Counted from the first letter of the stretch, positions 1 through 11,052 are shown. The stretch is DNA of 64,000 nt from Nitrospirota bacterium (GCA_020846775.1 JADLDG010000023.1:139298-203297), one strand, 5' to 3'. The notes: generated from the letters alone by a model not told the origin. Made by a program: numbers and translations.

Positions 1-285
1 TTACAGTTGCAGGCGCTCACAGATTATGGCAAAAAAACGGGTCTCGCCTTTCAGATAGCTGATGATATCCTGGATGTGGAAGGCAAAGTTGAAGATGTCG
101 GAAAGTCAATCGGTAAGGATGCAAACCAGAGAAAGAATACATATCCGGCGCTGCTTGGGTTAGAGCAGGCAAAGAATTTAGCCGGGCAGCTTGTGAGTGA
201 GGCAATAACTGCACTGGACAGCTTTGATGATAAGGCCGATCCTCTCAGGCTGATTGCCGCATATGCAATAGACAGGAAGAGTTAA
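1..285 (+). CDS. Polyprenyl (farnesyl/geranylgeranyl) diphosphate synthase, C-terminal fragment; the ORF starts upstream of the window
   Basis: The translation carries the second aspartate-rich motif region (FQIADDILDV) and a KDxxxxK tail typical of IspA-type trans-prenyltransferases. It sits immediately upstream of dxs, the classic xseB-ispA-dxs arrangement. Confidence 0.7.
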   Translation, partial: LQLQALTDYGKKTGLAFQIADDILDVEGKVEDVGKSIGKDANQRKNTYPALLGLEQAKNLAGQLVSEAITALDSFDDKADPLRLIAAYAIDRKS

Positions 286-309
286 GAGGATTTTGTAAGG
301 GATTTTAGT

Positions 310-2202
310 ATGAAATATTTAGACACGATCAACAGTCCTCAGGACTTGAAAAAGATTCCCAGGGAAGACCTGCCTGTGCTTGCTGAAGAGATACGAGTAT
401 TTTTGCTCGATGTGGTTTCCCGTACCGGGGGTCATCTAGCCTCAAACCTCGGTGTTGTTGAATTAACTATCGCCCTTCACTATTTATATGACTCCCCTGA
501 CGATATGATTATTTGGGATGTGGGTCATCAGGCTTATGTACATAAGATCCTTACGGGGCGCAGGAATGAGTTCAATACCCTTAGACATTATGGAGGTATT
601 AGCGGTTTCCCAAAGATAGATGAAAGCATTCATGATTCTTTTAATGTGGGACACTCAGGGACATCTGTTTCTGCTGCGCTGGGAATGGTTGAGGCAAGAG
701 ACAAATTTGGTAAACTCAACAAGGTAATAGCAGTAATAGGTGACGGCTCCATGACCGCCGGGATGGTCTTTGAGGGTTTAAACCATACAGGGGACTTAAA
801 AAAAGATATTATAGTAATTCTAAATGACAATGAAATGTCTATATCAAAGAATGTCGGGGCTATCTCATCTTATTTAAGCAAGATCATTACCGGATCGTTA
901 TACACAAAGGTCAAACAGGAGACAGAATTTTTCATAAAGAATATACCCCGCATTGGAGAACCCATGCTGAAGGTTGCCAAAAAGGCTGAAGAGTCTGTCA
1001 AAGGTTTAGTAGGTCCAGGGACGTTATTCGAGGAACTTGGATTCAGATACATAGGTCCTATAGATGGTCATACCTTTGATCATCTATTACCTACCCTCGA
1101 AAATATAAAGAGATTAAATGGTCCTGTACTTGTGCATGTTGTTACAAAAAAAGGTAAGGGCTATCCTCCGGCAGAGAGAGACCCTGCCGCATTTCATGGT
1201 ATTCCGCCTTTTGATATTGAGACCGGCATACCGTTTAAGAAGTCTGTTATCCCGACTTATACAAAAGTATTCAGTCAGTCTTTGATAAGGCTTGCTGAAA
1301 GAGATGATAAAATAGTTGCGATCACAGCGGCCATGCCTGAAGGAACTGGTTTGAACTCTTTTGCTGATAGATTTCCAGAGAGGTTTTACGACGTCGCTAT
1401 AGCAGAACAACATGGAGTAACATTCGCGGCAGGACTGGCAACCGGAGGCTTTCATCCGGTTGTTGCAATCTACTCTACATTCCTTCAACGTTCATATGAT
1501 CAGATAGTTCATGACGTGTGTCTACAAAATCTACCAGTAACTTTTGCGATTGACAGGGCCGGTGTAGTTGGAGAAGACGGTCCGACACATCACGGAACAT
1601 TCGATATTAATTACCTGAGGCATATACCCAATATTGTAATAATGGCTCCCAGGGATGAAGATGAATTACAGCATATGCTGTCTGCAGCCGTAAATTATAA
1701 CGGTCCTTCCGCTGTCCGTTATCCGCGGGGTACTGGTATAGGGGTGGAGCTGCAACCGGATTTTATGCCGTTGGAAATAGGAAAAGGCGAGATCATTTTA
1801 GATGGAAATGATGTGGCCATAATAGCCATCGGCAATATGGTATATCCTGCAATCGAGGCAGCAGCAATTCTAAAGAGGAGCGGTATTGATGCTGCAGTTG
1901 CTAATGCCAGATTTGCAAAACCTGTAGACGAAGAGATGATATTAGAGCTGGCAGGCAAATGCGGCTACATAGTCACAGTAGAAGACGGCGCACTGGCGGG
2001 AGGGTTTGGAAGCGCGATACTTGAGGCACTCGAGAAACATGGGGCCGCTGATGTCCATGTCAAGAGGATAGGACTACCCGATAAATTTATCGAGCATGGC
2101 ACTATTAAGGAGTTGCACAAGCTGTATGGACTTGATTCAGATGGTATCGCACGTACTGTCTCCTTTTTCGCTCCCCGATTACTAAAATGGGGAAAGGTGT
2201 GA
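310..2202 (+). CDS. dxs: 1-deoxy-D-xylulose-5-phosphate synthase
   Basis: 630 aa. The N-terminus reads [16 protein letters not shown]...[21 protein letters not shown]-binding GDG motif ([11 protein letters not shown]) and a transketolase-like C-terminal domain are present. Confidence 0.95.
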   Translation: MKYLDTINSPQDLKKIPREDLPVLAEEIRVFLLDVVSRTGGHLASNLGVVELTIALHYLYDSPDDMIIWDVGHQAYVHKILTGRRNEFNTLRHYGGISGFPKIDESIHDSFNVGHSGTSVSAALGMVEARDKFGKLNKVIAVIGDGSMTAGMVFEGLNHTGDLKKDIIVILNDNEMSISKNVGAISSYLSKIITGSLYTKVKQETEFFIKNIPRIGEPMLKVAKKAEESVKGLVGPGTLFEELGFRYIGPIDGHTFDHLLPTLENIKRLNGPVLVHVVTKKGKGYPPAERDPAAFHGIPPFDIETGIPFKKSVIPTYTKVFSQSLIRLAERDDKIVAITAAMPEGTGLNSFADRFPERFYDVAIAEQHGVTFAAGLATGGFHPVVAIYSTFLQRSYDQIVHDVCLQNLPVTFAIDRAGVVGEDGPTHHGTFDINYLRHIPNIVIMAPRDEDELQHMLSAAVNYNGPSAVRYPRGTGIGVELQPDFMPLEIGKGEIILDGNDVAIIAIGNMVYPAIEAAAILKRSGIDAAVANARFAKPVDEEMILELAGKCGYIVTVEDGALAGGFGSAILEALEKHGAADVHVKRIGLPDKFIEHGTIKELHKLYGLDSDGIARTVSFFAPRLLKWGKV

Positions 2203-2933
2203 AGGAAAAGCGTCTGCGGCTCGATCTCCTCCTCGTTAACCGCGGACTTGCAGAATCAAGACAAAAGGCCCTGGGGATAATCCTTTCCGGTAATGTATTT
2301 GTTGACGGCAGCCTGATTGACAAGGCAGGAGCTTTGTGTAGTGAAGGCGCTGAGATTAATATAAAATATCAGATGCCTTATGTAAGCAGGGGCGGAATTA
2401 AGCTGGAAGGGGCTGTAAGGCACTTTCATTTGCAATTAGATGGTATGACTGCCATGGATATCGGGGCATCAACCGGCGGCTTTACAGACTGTTTATTACA
2501 GAATGGGGTAAGAAAGGTCTATGCTATTGATGTCGGTTATGGACAATTGCACTGGAAGCTCAGGGGAGATCCGAGGATTGCTAATCTTGAAAAGACTCAC
2601 ATATTGAGACTTGACTGGAAAACCATTATAGATGTTATAGATATAGTTACTATTGATGTTTCATTTATTTCTCTCAGAAATATATTATCGTCTTTGCAGG
2701 AGCATCTATCCCCTGCCTCTTTGATTATTGCATTAATCAAACCACAGTTTGAGGTGGGTAAAGGTGAGGTTGGAAAGGGAGGGGTTGTAAGAGATACAGC
2801 TAAAATTGAAAGTACCGTAAATAATGTTATCGGGTTTGCAGAAGAAACAGGGTTCAGGATTAGAGGAACTATCCCATCCCCTATCCTGGGACAAAAGGGG
2901 AACAGGGAATATCTGGTATTAATGGAGAGATGA
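2187..2933 (+). CDS. tlyA: TlyA-family rRNA 2'-O-methyltransferase (S4 domain plus FtsJ-like methyltransferase)
   Basis: S4-like N-terminus ([18 protein letters not shown]) and a SAM-binding motif ([11 protein letters not shown]). It overlaps the dxs stop by 16 nt, so the true start may be a few codons in. Confidence 0.8.
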   Translation: MGKGVKEKRLRLDLLLVNRGLAESRQKALGIILSGNVFVDGSLIDKAGALCSEGAEINIKYQMPYVSRGGIKLEGAVRHFHLQLDGMTAMDIGASTGGFTDCLLQNGVRKVYAIDVGYGQLHWKLRGDPRIANLEKTHILRLDWKTIIDVIDIVTIDVSFISLRNILSSLQEHLSPASLIIALIKPQFEVGKGEVGKGGVVRDTAKIESTVNNVIGFAEETGFRIRGTIPSPILGQKGNREYLVLMER

Positions 2934-3904
2934 ATATGGCCAATATCCTTATAACCGGCGCTGCAGGTTTCATTGGTTCCCACCTCAGTGAACAGCTCCT
3001 GAGGGAGAATGCAAGAATTATTTGCCTTGACAACCTTGACACTTTTTATGACCCGCAGGTAAAGAGGGAAAACCTCAGACCTCTTCTTGCCAGCAAAAAG
3101 TTTACTTTTATTGAGGGAGATATAAGGGATTTAAAACTCCTTACCGATATATTCGTGAGCAACAGGATTGACGTTATTGTTCATATCGCTGCCAGGGCAG
3201 GGGTAAGACCATCAATAATAGAACCGCTCTTGTATTATGATGTAAATGTCCGGGGTACGACAAATCTCCTGGAAATGGCAAGACAATTTGATGTAAAGAA
3301 ATTCGTATTTGCATCGTCATCGTCAGTCTATGGTGAGAATAAGAAGGTTCCTTTCAGTGAAGATGACAATGTGGACAACCCTGTTTCACCTTATGCTGCA
3401 ACTAAGAAGGCAGGAGAACTCATAGCATTTACATATCATCATCTTTATGGAATATCGGTAAGTTGTCTGAGGTTTTTTACAGTCTATGGACCGCGTCAGA
3501 GGCCGGAGATGGCCGTTCATAAGTTTACAAAATTGATCTACGAGGGGAAGAGTATACCTGTTTATGGTGATGGGACATCAAGGCGGGACTACACTTATAT
3601 TGATGACATAGTTGCCGGGATAAGGGCATCCATTAACACAGAAATGAGCTACGAGATTATAAATCTCGGAGAATCAAAGACAATAAGACTATCAGAACTA
3701 ATAACATTGATAGAGAATAACCTTCAGAAGAAGGCGATAATTGAATGGCTTCCGGAGCAACCAGGTGATGTACCTGTCACATTTGCGAATATTGATAAGG
3801 CCAGGAGTTTACTGGGATATGCCCCTTGCGTGGATATTCAGGAAGGCGTAGAGAGATTCGTGAAATGGTTTTTGTGGAGAGAAAAAGGAGGGAGTAAACA
3901 ATGA
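2930..3904 (+). CDS. NAD-dependent epimerase/dehydratase (UDP-glucuronate 4-epimerase-like)
   Basis: Rossmann motif GAAGFIGSHL and a YxxxK catalytic motif (YAATKKAGE). It overlaps the adjacent ORFs by 4 nt at each end, which suggests an operon. Confidence 0.8.
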   Translation: MNMANILITGAAGFIGSHLSEQLLRENARIICLDNLDTFYDPQVKRENLRPLLASKKFTFIEGDIRDLKLLTDIFVSNRIDVIVHIAARAGVRPSIIEPLLYYDVNVRGTTNLLEMARQFDVKKFVFASSSSVYGENKKVPFSEDDNVDNPVSPYAATKKAGELIAFTYHHLYGISVSCLRFFTVYGPRQRPEMAVHKFTKLIYEGKSIPVYGDGTSRRDYTYIDDIVAGIRASINTEMSYEIINLGESKTIRLSELITLIENNLQKKAIIEWLPEQPGDVPVTFANIDKARSLLGYAPCVDIQEGVERFVKWFLWREKGGSKQ

Positions 3905-5202
3905 ATATCGGCGTAATCGGCGCTGGGTATGTTGGTCTTGTTACGGGGACATGTTTCGCAGAGTTCGGTTTAAATGTCACATGTGTTGACATGAATGAGA
4001 GTAAGGTAAACCTCCTTCAAAAGGGCATAGTCCCTTTTTATGAACCCGGACTTGAAGAACTGATGCGTAAAAACATTAATGAAGGCAGGCTGCAGTTTTC
4101 GGGAAACATAGCGGACACTATCCGGAAATCCGAGGTTATTCTTATTGCAGTAGGGACCCCGTCTCTTGAGGATGGCTCAGCTGATCTATCATATGTTGAC
4201 TCGGTAGCAAAGGCTATCGCAGAGAATCTTCAAAGTTACAAAGTAATAGTTACCAAGAGCACCGTGCCTGTCGGGACAGGTGAGAGGATAAAAGATATCA
4301 TTAAAAGAATAAACGGCAAATGTGAATTTGATATCGTATCAAACCCGGAATTCCTGCGCGAGGGGTCTGCCGTTGAGGATTTTATGAGGCCTGACAGGAT
4401 TGTAATAGGCTCCGGCAGTGAAAGGGCATCATCTATTGTAAGAGACCTGTATCGGCCTCTCTACATAATAGAGACGCCATTTATTATGACTGATATAGAG
4501 ACTGCAGAGATGATCAAGTATGCATCGAACGTATTTCTAGCGGCCAAGATCTCATTCATAAATGAAATGGCTAACCTGTGCGAGAAGGTCGGAGCCAATG
4601 TTCAGATAGTCGCTAAGGCTATGGGGTTGGACAAGAGGATAGGCCCCAAGTTCCTGCATGCCGGACCAGGATTTGGCGGCTCATGCTTCCCCAAGGATGT
4701 CAGGGCTCTTATGCAGATTGGTGAGAGTCATGGATATGATTTTAAGATTGCGAGGAGCGTAATTGAAGTCAACATTACCCAGAAGAACCATATGATAACA
4801 AAGATAGAACATGCCCTCAGAGGGGCGGGTGGAAAAACAGTTGGAGTACTTGGACTGGCTTTCAAACCAAATACAAATGATATCAGGGAATCTCCTGCAA
4901 TTCATATTATCGAGGGTCTCATTGAAATCGGCGCTAACGTCAGAGTATATGACCCTGCTGCTATGGATGACGCAAAGGCTGTGCTTGCCAATAAAGTCAC
5001 TTACTGCAATGACGCCTTTGATGTTGCAAATAATGCTGACGCTATAATCCTTGCTACAGAGTGGAATCAGTTCAGGAATCTCCAGTTGGAGAAGTTGAAA
5101 GGACTTTTAAAGCATCCCGTTTTTATAGACCTAAGGAATGTGTATGAACCTGATAGGATGAGGAAAAATGGTTTTGACTATTATTCCGTAGGAAGGAGCT
5201 GA
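3901..5202 (+). CDS. ugd: UDP-glucose 6-dehydrogenase
   Basis: N-terminal GAGYVGL NAD-binding motif, the catalytic Cys region GFGGSCFPKD, and a UDP-binding C-terminal domain. Confidence 0.9.
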   Translation: MNIGVIGAGYVGLVTGTCFAEFGLNVTCVDMNESKVNLLQKGIVPFYEPGLEELMRKNINEGRLQFSGNIADTIRKSEVILIAVGTPSLEDGSADLSYVDSVAKAIAENLQSYKVIVTKSTVPVGTGERIKDIIKRINGKCEFDIVSNPEFLREGSAVEDFMRPDRIVIGSGSERASSIVRDLYRPLYIIETPFIMTDIETAEMIKYASNVFLAAKISFINEMANLCEKVGANVQIVAKAMGLDKRIGPKFLHAGPGFGGSCFPKDVRALMQIGESHGYDFKIARSVIEVNITQKNHMITKIEHALRGAGGKTVGVLGLAFKPNTNDIRESPAIHIIEGLIEIGANVRVYDPAAMDDAKAVLANKVTYCNDAFDVANNADAIILATEWNQFRNLQLEKLKGLLKHPVFIDLRNVYEPDRMRKNGFDYYSVGRS

Positions 5203-5203
5203 A

Positions 5204-6127
5204 ATGCGCGTACTTGTTACAGGCGGAGCCGGGTTCATTGGTTCTCATATAGTTGACAGACTTTTATCTGAAGGCCATCAGGTGTCTGTTTTAGATAATC
5301 TGTCAACAGGCAAGTCTGAGAACTTAAATAAGAATGCGGAATTCTTTAAGCTCGATATAGAAAACCCGAGGATTGAGAAGGTAATCAAGAAGGAAAAACC
5401 TGAGGTAATCTGCCATCTGGCAGCTCAGATGGATGTGAGGAGATCTGTCGCTGACCCTGCATTTGATGCAAAGACTAACATTATTGGCATGATCAACCTC
5501 CTTGAGTACGCCGTCCGTCATGGCGCAAGGAAGGTGATATTTTCGTCAACAGGCGGGGCTATATACGGAGAGGGCGGCCCCTACCCTACTGTAGAGGATC
5601 ACAAGGCAAGTCCTGTCAGCCCTTATGGCATTAGTAAATTAACAGGTGAACATTATCTCTTTTTTTATCAGATAATGTATGGATTAAAATATGTGGCGCT
5701 GAGATTTGCAAATGTTTACGGACCAAGGCAGGACCCGTTCGGTGAGGCAGGAGTTGTTGCCATATTCACAAAAAAAATGCTTAAAAATGACCAGCCTCTG
5801 ATTAACGGAAATGGCATGCAGACTCGGGATTATGTATATGTTGAAGATGTTGTTGATGCAGTAATGCGTGCCATAGAAAAAAATGAAAATGATGTTTTTA
5901 ATGTCGGTACCGGCATTGAGACAACTGTTAATGAACTCTTCAGGATGCTTGTCGAAATTACAGGGAGTAATGTGCGGGAGATGCATGGACCTGCAAAAAA
6001 AGGTGAGCAGATGAGGAGCTGTCTGAGTTATGACAAGATTAAAAAGACGATGGAGTGGGAACCTTCTGTAGATCTTAAGACAGGGCTCTCAAACACAGTC
6101 GAATTCTTCAAGGGGAGTAAACAGTAA
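5204..6127 (+). CDS. galE: UDP-glucose 4-epimerase family (GalE-like) short-chain dehydrogenase/reductase (SDR)
   Basis: GGAGFIGSH Rossmann motif, YGISK (YxxxK) catalytic motif, about 307 aa as expected for GalE-like enzymes. Confidence 0.75.
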   Translation: MRVLVTGGAGFIGSHIVDRLLSEGHQVSVLDNLSTGKSENLNKNAEFFKLDIENPRIEKVIKKEKPEVICHLAAQMDVRRSVADPAFDAKTNIIGMINLLEYAVRHGARKVIFSSTGGAIYGEGGPYPTVEDHKASPVSPYGISKLTGEHYLFFYQIMYGLKYVALRFANVYGPRQDPFGEAGVVAIFTKKMLKNDQPLINGNGMQTRDYVYVEDVVDAVMRAIEKNENDVFNVGTGIETTVNELFRMLVEITGSNVREMHGPAKKGEQMRSCLSYDKIKKTMEWEPSVDLKTGLSNTVEFFKGSKQ

Positions 6128-6131
6128 TAAT

Positions 6132-6308
6132 CTACTCATCTGCCTCAATAGAGCTTATAATATCTATTGGAATTGTTATCCACTGAACCTCACACTTTAA
6201 TTCCAGAGAAGTGTCGGACAACTCAATTAACAGCCCTGAGTAAGCAATATTATCGGCTATTACCTTTACCTTCTTTCCTATCATCGCTTGAATTGGATTA
6301 TTGTACAT
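6132..6308 (-). CDS. Small hypothetical protein (58 aa), below the ORF-track size cutoff
   Basis: A minus-strand ATG at 6308 gives MYNNPIQAMIGKKVKVIADNIAYSGLLIELSDTSLELKCEVQWITIPIDIISSIEADE, a beta-rich pattern with balanced composition and no internal stops. It lies in the convergent gap between galE and glcD. There is no strong RBS. Confidence 0.3.
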   Translation of the reverse strand: MYNNPIQAMIGKKVKVIADNIAYSGLLIELSDTSLELKCEVQWITIPIDIISSIEADE

Positions 6309-6352
6309 GACAATTTAAGAATCAGGCGCTGTTTCTACCATAGAATACAATA

Positions 6353-7729
6353 TTATGGCCATAACTTTCCCGGGTTAAGGATATTGTTTGGATCGAAGGT
6401 GTTTTTTATCCCCTTCATAATGTCTATTGCCTTATCGCCGACTTCCATGGGAAGAAATGGGGCCTTTGTCATCCCTATGCCATGTTCGCCCGAGATACTG
6501 CCGCTGAGGCGTAAAGTGACGTCAAACAACTCGCGTATCGCCTTCCTGGCACGTTTAAACTCCTCTGCATTTTTATCATCTGTCATTACATTGATGTGAA
6601 GGTTACCGTCTCCAGCATGGCCAAAGGAGACAATTTGTATTTTATAAGTTGATGAAATCCGATCAATCTCAATCATCAATTCAGTAAGTTTACTGCGCGG
6701 GACCACAATGTCCTCATTAATCTTGGTCGGGTTAATTTTATACAGTGCCGGAGAAACTGACCTGCGTGCCGTCCAGAGTTTTTCCCTGTCCTGTTTATTA
6801 GTCGCTGTTGATATTATTACTGCTCCTGATTTCCTGCATATGTCCCCAATCCTGATTAAACCATCCTGCGTAATCGTTTCAGGGCCGTCAACTTCGGAAA
6901 TCACCATTGCCTCTCCTTTTTCCCTTACCGATTCCGGAAGCAAGTCCCTGACAACACCCATTGAAGCCTTGTCCATGAATTCGATCACGGATGGCCTTAT
7001 TCCTGATAAAATTATATGATCAATAGCAGAAATTGCATCATGGATTGAACCAAAGACTGCTGCAACTGTGATTGTATTCTCCGGCAGGGGAATAAGCTTC
7101 AGGATGGCCTTGGTAATAACCCCGAGGGTTCCTTCAGAGCCAACGAGAAGTCTTGTGAGGTCATATCCTGCTACACTACGCGGCGCCCTTGTTCCTGTAA
7201 AAATAATATCTCCGGCCGGCAATACTGCCTCAAGTCCCATTACATAGTCCTTGGTTGTACCATACTTGACACCCCTGGCGCCACCTGCGCATGTTGAGAT
7301 ATTTCCACCTATCGTACAGAAATTCACGCTCGATGGGTCAGGTGGATAGAACAGTCCCTCTGCCTCAACAGCCTTTTGTATATTTCTTGTAATAACACCT
7401 GGTTCTGCAACAATGTAAAAATCGTCTCTGTTAACCTCAAGTATTTTGTCCATTCGCTGCAATGAGAGGATTATTCCTCCCTGAACAGGCACAGCTCCTC
7501 CAGCAAATCCGCTTCCTGCGCCTCTTGGTATAACCGGAATCTTTTCACTATTTGCTATTTTTAGGATCAACGATACTTCTGCATCTGTTCCAGGCATCAG
7601 GAGAACATCCGGAAGTCTCTCAATCCTGGTAGCATCATATGAGTAGCAGATCATATGTTCTTTGTCAGTCCTGACTATGTCATTTCCCAGCTCACGCCGT
7701 AAATGATCTATGATAGAAGGTGATATCAT
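6353..7729 (-). CDS. glcD: FAD-linked oxidase, GlcD/D-lactate dehydrogenase family
   Basis: FAD-binding PCMH-type domain (PRGAGSGFAGGAVP) followed by a C-terminal oxidase domain; 458 aa. Confidence 0.8.
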   Translation of the reverse strand: MISPSIIDHLRRELGNDIVRTDKEHMICYSYDATRIERLPDVLLMPGTDAEVSLILKIANSEKIPVIPRGAGSGFAGGAVPVQGGIILSLQRMDKILEVNRDDFYIVAEPGVITRNIQKAVEAEGLFYPPDPSSVNFCTIGGNISTCAGGARGVKYGTTKDYVMGLEAVLPAGDIIFTGTRAPRSVAGYDLTRLLVGSEGTLGVITKAILKLIPLPENTITVAAVFGSIHDAISAIDHIILSGIRPSVIEFMDKASMGVVRDLLPESVREKGEAMVISEVDGPETITQDGLIRIGDICRKSGAVIISTATNKQDREKLWTARRSVSPALYKINPTKINEDIVVPRSKLTELMIEIDRISSTYKIQIVSFGHAGDGNLHINVMTDDKNAEEFKRARKAIRELFDVTLRLSGSISGEHGIGMTKAPFLPMEVGDKAIDIMKGIKNTFDPNNILNPGKLWP

Positions 7730-7839
7730 GAGCAGAGTTTAACACAGCAGACTGCAGTGAGCAATGCCACTCATGGTCCGTCAACCTGAACCATGCATTG
7801 CAGCTCGCAAAATGGTTACGCATTTTCAGGGTAAGCTTC

Positions 7840-8640
7840 TCAGTAGCTTTCGATTTCAGAAGGGAAATTGGCACTTTCGACATCATCTTTAAAACGTCTA
7901 ACCGCATCTGCGCAGATCTCCCTCATTGCGGCATATTGCCTGACAAATTTTGGGACAGGCTGCGGTGTTAAACCAAGAAGATCATGTATGACGAGCACCT
8001 GTCCGTCACAATGACTTCCGGCTCCAATGCCAATAGCAGGTATGGAAAGTGTGTCAGATATCCTGGATGCAAGACCTGCCGGGATGCCTTCAAGGACTAC
8101 AGCAAAAACCCCTGCCTCCTCGAGCAATAATGACTCACTGAGGATCCTCTCGGCAGCTGAATCATCTTTACCCTGAACCTTATAACCGCCCATATGATGG
8201 ATTGACTGGGGCAGAAGACCCACATGTCCCATAACCGGTATTCCTGATGCAATTATTGCCCTGATCTTATCTATAACAGCAGACCCTCCTTCAATCTTGA
8301 CCGCCGATGCCGATCCTTCTTTAAGAAATCTGCCGGCATTATTCACTGCATCATGCACGGACACCTGATATGACATAAAAGGCATGTCTCCGACAACAAG
8401 GGCATTCTCAACAGCCCTGCTTACGATCTCCGTATGGTATATCATTTCATCCATTGTAACCGGTAAAGTTGTAGGATGGCCCTGAATCACAGTGCCAAGT
8501 GAGTCTCCGACAAGGATTATATCAATCCCTGCCTCATCAATAAGCCGGGCAAATAAGAAATCGTAGGCAGTAAGCATGGTGATCTTCCTGCCTCCATTTT
8601 TTCTGCTGATAATGTCAGGTACTGTAACTTTATTTTTCAC
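7840..8640 (-). CDS. panB: 3-methyl-2-oxobutanoate hydroxymethyltransferase (ketopantoate hydroxymethyltransferase)
   Basis: The sequence reads ITMLTAYDFLFARLIDEAGIDIILVGDSLG, with conserved active-site aspartates; 266 aa. Confidence 0.9.
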   Translation of the reverse strand: MKNKVTVPDIISRKNGGRKITMLTAYDFLFARLIDEAGIDIILVGDSLGTVIQGHPTTLPVTMDEMIYHTEIVSRAVENALVVGDMPFMSYQVSVHDAVNNAGRFLKEGSASAVKIEGGSAVIDKIRAIIASGIPVMGHVGLLPQSIHHMGGYKVQGKDDSAAERILSESLLLEEAGVFAVVLEGIPAGLASRISDTLSIPAIGIGAGSHCDGQVLVIHDLLGLTPQPVPKFVRQYAAMREICADAVRRFKDDVESANFPSEIESY

Positions 8641-8665
8641 TTTGCTTTTTACTCACAGCTGTATA

Positions 8666-9526
8666 TTACCCCTGTAACTCTTTCAGGATAGCTATAGTGG
8701 CCGGAGAGCGGTTAAGAGTGTAGAAGTGAATGCCGGGAACTCCGTTTTTTAGAAGATCCCTGCATTGATCTGCTGCATGTCTGACACCTATGTCCATTAC
8801 AGCAGCAGGATTTTCTTTTACTGACTCAAGCTGAGTTATTAAATCATCCGGTATCGTTGCACCGCACAGAGATGTGAATCGCTCAATCTGATCAATACTC
8901 GTGATGGGCATAATACCGGGTATTATCGGCAGATTCAGACCTGCCTGCTGTGTGCGTTCTATTAACTTGAAGTAGTATTGATTATCAAAGAAAAGCTGAG
9001 TTATAAAAAAATCTGCCCCGGCCTCCGCCTTCATCTTCATGCAACTCGTATCTTCCTGAAGTGTCATGCTTTCTTTATGACCTTCAGGAAATGCTGCGGC
9101 ACCAAGGCAGAAATCGTAATTCTTTCGGATATGTCCAATGAGCTCATTTGCATGATGAAATGCCTCATTCCTAATATCGTGCCCCTCCTGACCGGGAATA
9201 TCTCCGCGAAGGGCAAGGATGTTATCAATTCCTCTTTCCTGTAATCTTGTCAATATGGTGTTAATCTCTGTCTCAGAGCTGTTAACACATGTGAGGTGCG
9301 CCATTGGCTCAATTCCCAACTCATGTTTAATCCTGATAACAAGGTCAACAGTCTTCTCCCTTGTACTTCCTCCTGCGCCGTAGGTGACTGATACAAATGC
9401 GGGATTTAAGTGACGCAGGTTCCTGATAGTATCATAAAGTTTCCTCTCGCCATCCGGATTTTTAGGAGGGAAAAACTCTAAGGAGAAGACAGGTGATTTA
9501 CTTTGTAAGAGATTACTAATTTTCAA
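8666..9526 (-). CDS. metF: 5,10-methylenetetrahydrofolate reductase
   Basis: FSLEFFPPK...SVTYGAGGSTRE motifs typical of MetF; 286 aa. Confidence 0.85.
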   Translation of the reverse strand: MKISNLLQSKSPVFSLEFFPPKNPDGERKLYDTIRNLRHLNPAFVSVTYGAGGSTREKTVDLVIRIKHELGIEPMAHLTCVNSSETEINTILTRLQERGIDNILALRGDIPGQEGHDIRNEAFHHANELIGHIRKNYDFCLGAAAFPEGHKESMTLQEDTSCMKMKAEAGADFFITQLFFDNQYYFKLIERTQQAGLNLPIIPGIMPITSIDQIERFTSLCGATIPDDLITQLESVKENPAAVMDIGVRHAADQCRDLLKNGVPGIHFYTLNRSPATIAILKELQG

Positions 9527-9581
9527 ATTTAATGCCCACCCACACTATTACCCCAAACTTTCACAAGGGTGTATCTTATCA

Positions 9582-10454
9582 TTATTTATCAGCCACTATA
9601 TGCTGACGGGAGCTATGTTTAGCTGCCTTTACCGTGTTATAAAGCAGCATGGCAATGGTCATTGGTCCTACACCGCCAGGTACCGGAGTAATCCATGATG
9701 CCTTTTCGGATGCACTTGCAAAATCCACGTCTCCGGCCAGCCTGCCACTATCGAGTCTGTTAATCCCAACATCAATAACAACTGCACCTTCTTTGATCAT
9801 ATCACCGGAGATCATTTGAACACGTCCGGCTGCCGCTATCAAAATATCAGCAAGCCTGCAAACCTCTGACATATTTTTTGTCCTGGTATGACAAATGGTA
9901 ACAGTTGCATTCCTCTGCAGAAGCATAAGGGCAACAGGCTTGCCGACAATATTGCTTCTTCCAACAATAACAGCGTGTTTCCCCTCAACTGGAATATGGT
10001 AATGATCAAGAAGTTTAATAATGCCAAGCGGTGTGCACGGCACAAGTCCATCAAGACCCGACATGAGCCTCCCCATATTTATTTCATGAAAACCGTCCAC
10101 ATCCTTTTCAGGGGAAATGGCCTTCAGGATCTTTTCTTTATTAATTCGTTCAGGCAGCGGAAGCTGAACCAATATGCCGTGAATCCGGCTGTCATTATTG
10201 AGCTTCTTAATAAGCGTTATTAACTCAGACTCTGACGTATCTTCCGGCAGCCTGTGTTCTTCCGAGTGGATACCTGTTGTTCGGCATGCCTCACCTTTAT
10301 TCCTTACATAAACCATAGAGGCAGGATTGTTTCCAACAAGGACAACTGCAAGCCCGGGGTATATTCCCTCATGTTTCAGGTGTTCAACCTCTTTTGCGAT
10401 ATTCTCTCTGAAGTGCTTTGCTACGGCCTTACCATCTATAATCTTTGCTGTCAT
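9582..10454 (-). CDS. folD: Bifunctional methylenetetrahydrofolate dehydrogenase/methenyl-THF cyclohydrolase
   Basis: 290 aa with [19 protein letters not shown] and GRSNIVGKP motifs. Confidence 0.9.
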   Translation of the reverse strand: MTAKIIDGKAVAKHFRENIAKEVEHLKHEGIYPGLAVVLVGNNPASMVYVRNKGEACRTTGIHSEEHRLPEDTSESELITLIKKLNNDSRIHGILVQLPLPERINKEKILKAISPEKDVDGFHEINMGRLMSGLDGLVPCTPLGIIKLLDHYHIPVEGKHAVIVGRSNIVGKPVALMLLQRNATVTICHTRTKNMSEVCRLADILIAAAGRVQMISGDMIKEGAVVIDVGINRLDSGRLAGDVDFASASEKASWITPVPGGVGPMTIAMLLYNTVKAAKHSSRQHIVADK

Positions 10455-10473
10455 AGACTAATCCTTTTCCATT

Positions 10474-11052
10474 CTAACATCTAATTACACGCTCCTCTGT
10501 AACTATTATATCAACCTTTACATCATGCCCCTCAACAGGAATCATATCAACTATCTGAAGCTCAAACGCAAGGGCCGCAAGAAAAGGTCTTGTATGTCTA
10601 TCTTCAAGTAATCTATCGTAGTATCCGGCGCCATAACCAAGCCTGTGACCTGATTTATCAAATGCAACACCGGGAAGAACCATAAGGTCTACATCACACA
10701 AATTTACATGCCTGATGAATTCAGTTTTTGGTTCATGTATGCCATGGTCCTTCATCCCCAGTTCATTGTCATAATCTGATAACTTAGAAAGAATGATTCG
10801 TCTGTGCGTCTTGTCAACAACGGGTACCACAACATCCTTCCCAAGAAACAAAGACCTGCGGACAGCCTCCTCAGTAATGACCTCGCTCTTTGTTGTCATA
10901 AAGAAGTGGATTATTTTAGCCCTTTCAAATTCATTCAGCTGCAGAAGATTATTGCAGATATTACGGCTGAGATTGATCCTCTCTTCAGTGGACAGACTGT
11001 CACGCCTTTTCAACACCTGATGCCTGATCTCTTTTTTTAATGCTGCGAGCAT
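10474..11052 (-). CDS. 5-formyltetrahydrofolate cyclo-ligase
   Basis: 192 aa with the C-terminal GYGAGYYDR motif characteristic of the family. It overlaps the recN stop by 16 nt. Confidence 0.8.
   Translation of the reverse strand: MLAALKKEIRHQVLKRRDSLSTEERINLSRNICNNLLQLNEFERAKIIHFFMTTKSEVITEEAVRRSLFLGKDVVVPVVDKTHRRIILSKLSDYDNELGMKDHGIHEPKTEFIRHVNLCDVDLMVLPGVAFDKSGHRLGYGAGYYDRLLEDRHTRPFLAALAFELQIVDMIPVEGHDVKVDIIVTEERVIRC

Noticed and set aside
1114-1488. 124-aa minus-strand ORF inside dxs (and similar antisense ORFs 630-830, 870-1052, 1719-1958)
   Set aside because: It lies entirely antisense to a highly conserved dxs coding region, is Cys/Arg-rich and low-complexity, and has no RBS. These are typical shadow ORFs.
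6288-6599. 103-aa plus-strand ORF at the glcD 3' end
   Set aside because: It overlaps the conserved C-terminus of the GlcD-like oxidase on the opposite strand. The genuine small ORF in this gap is on the minus strand (6132-6308).
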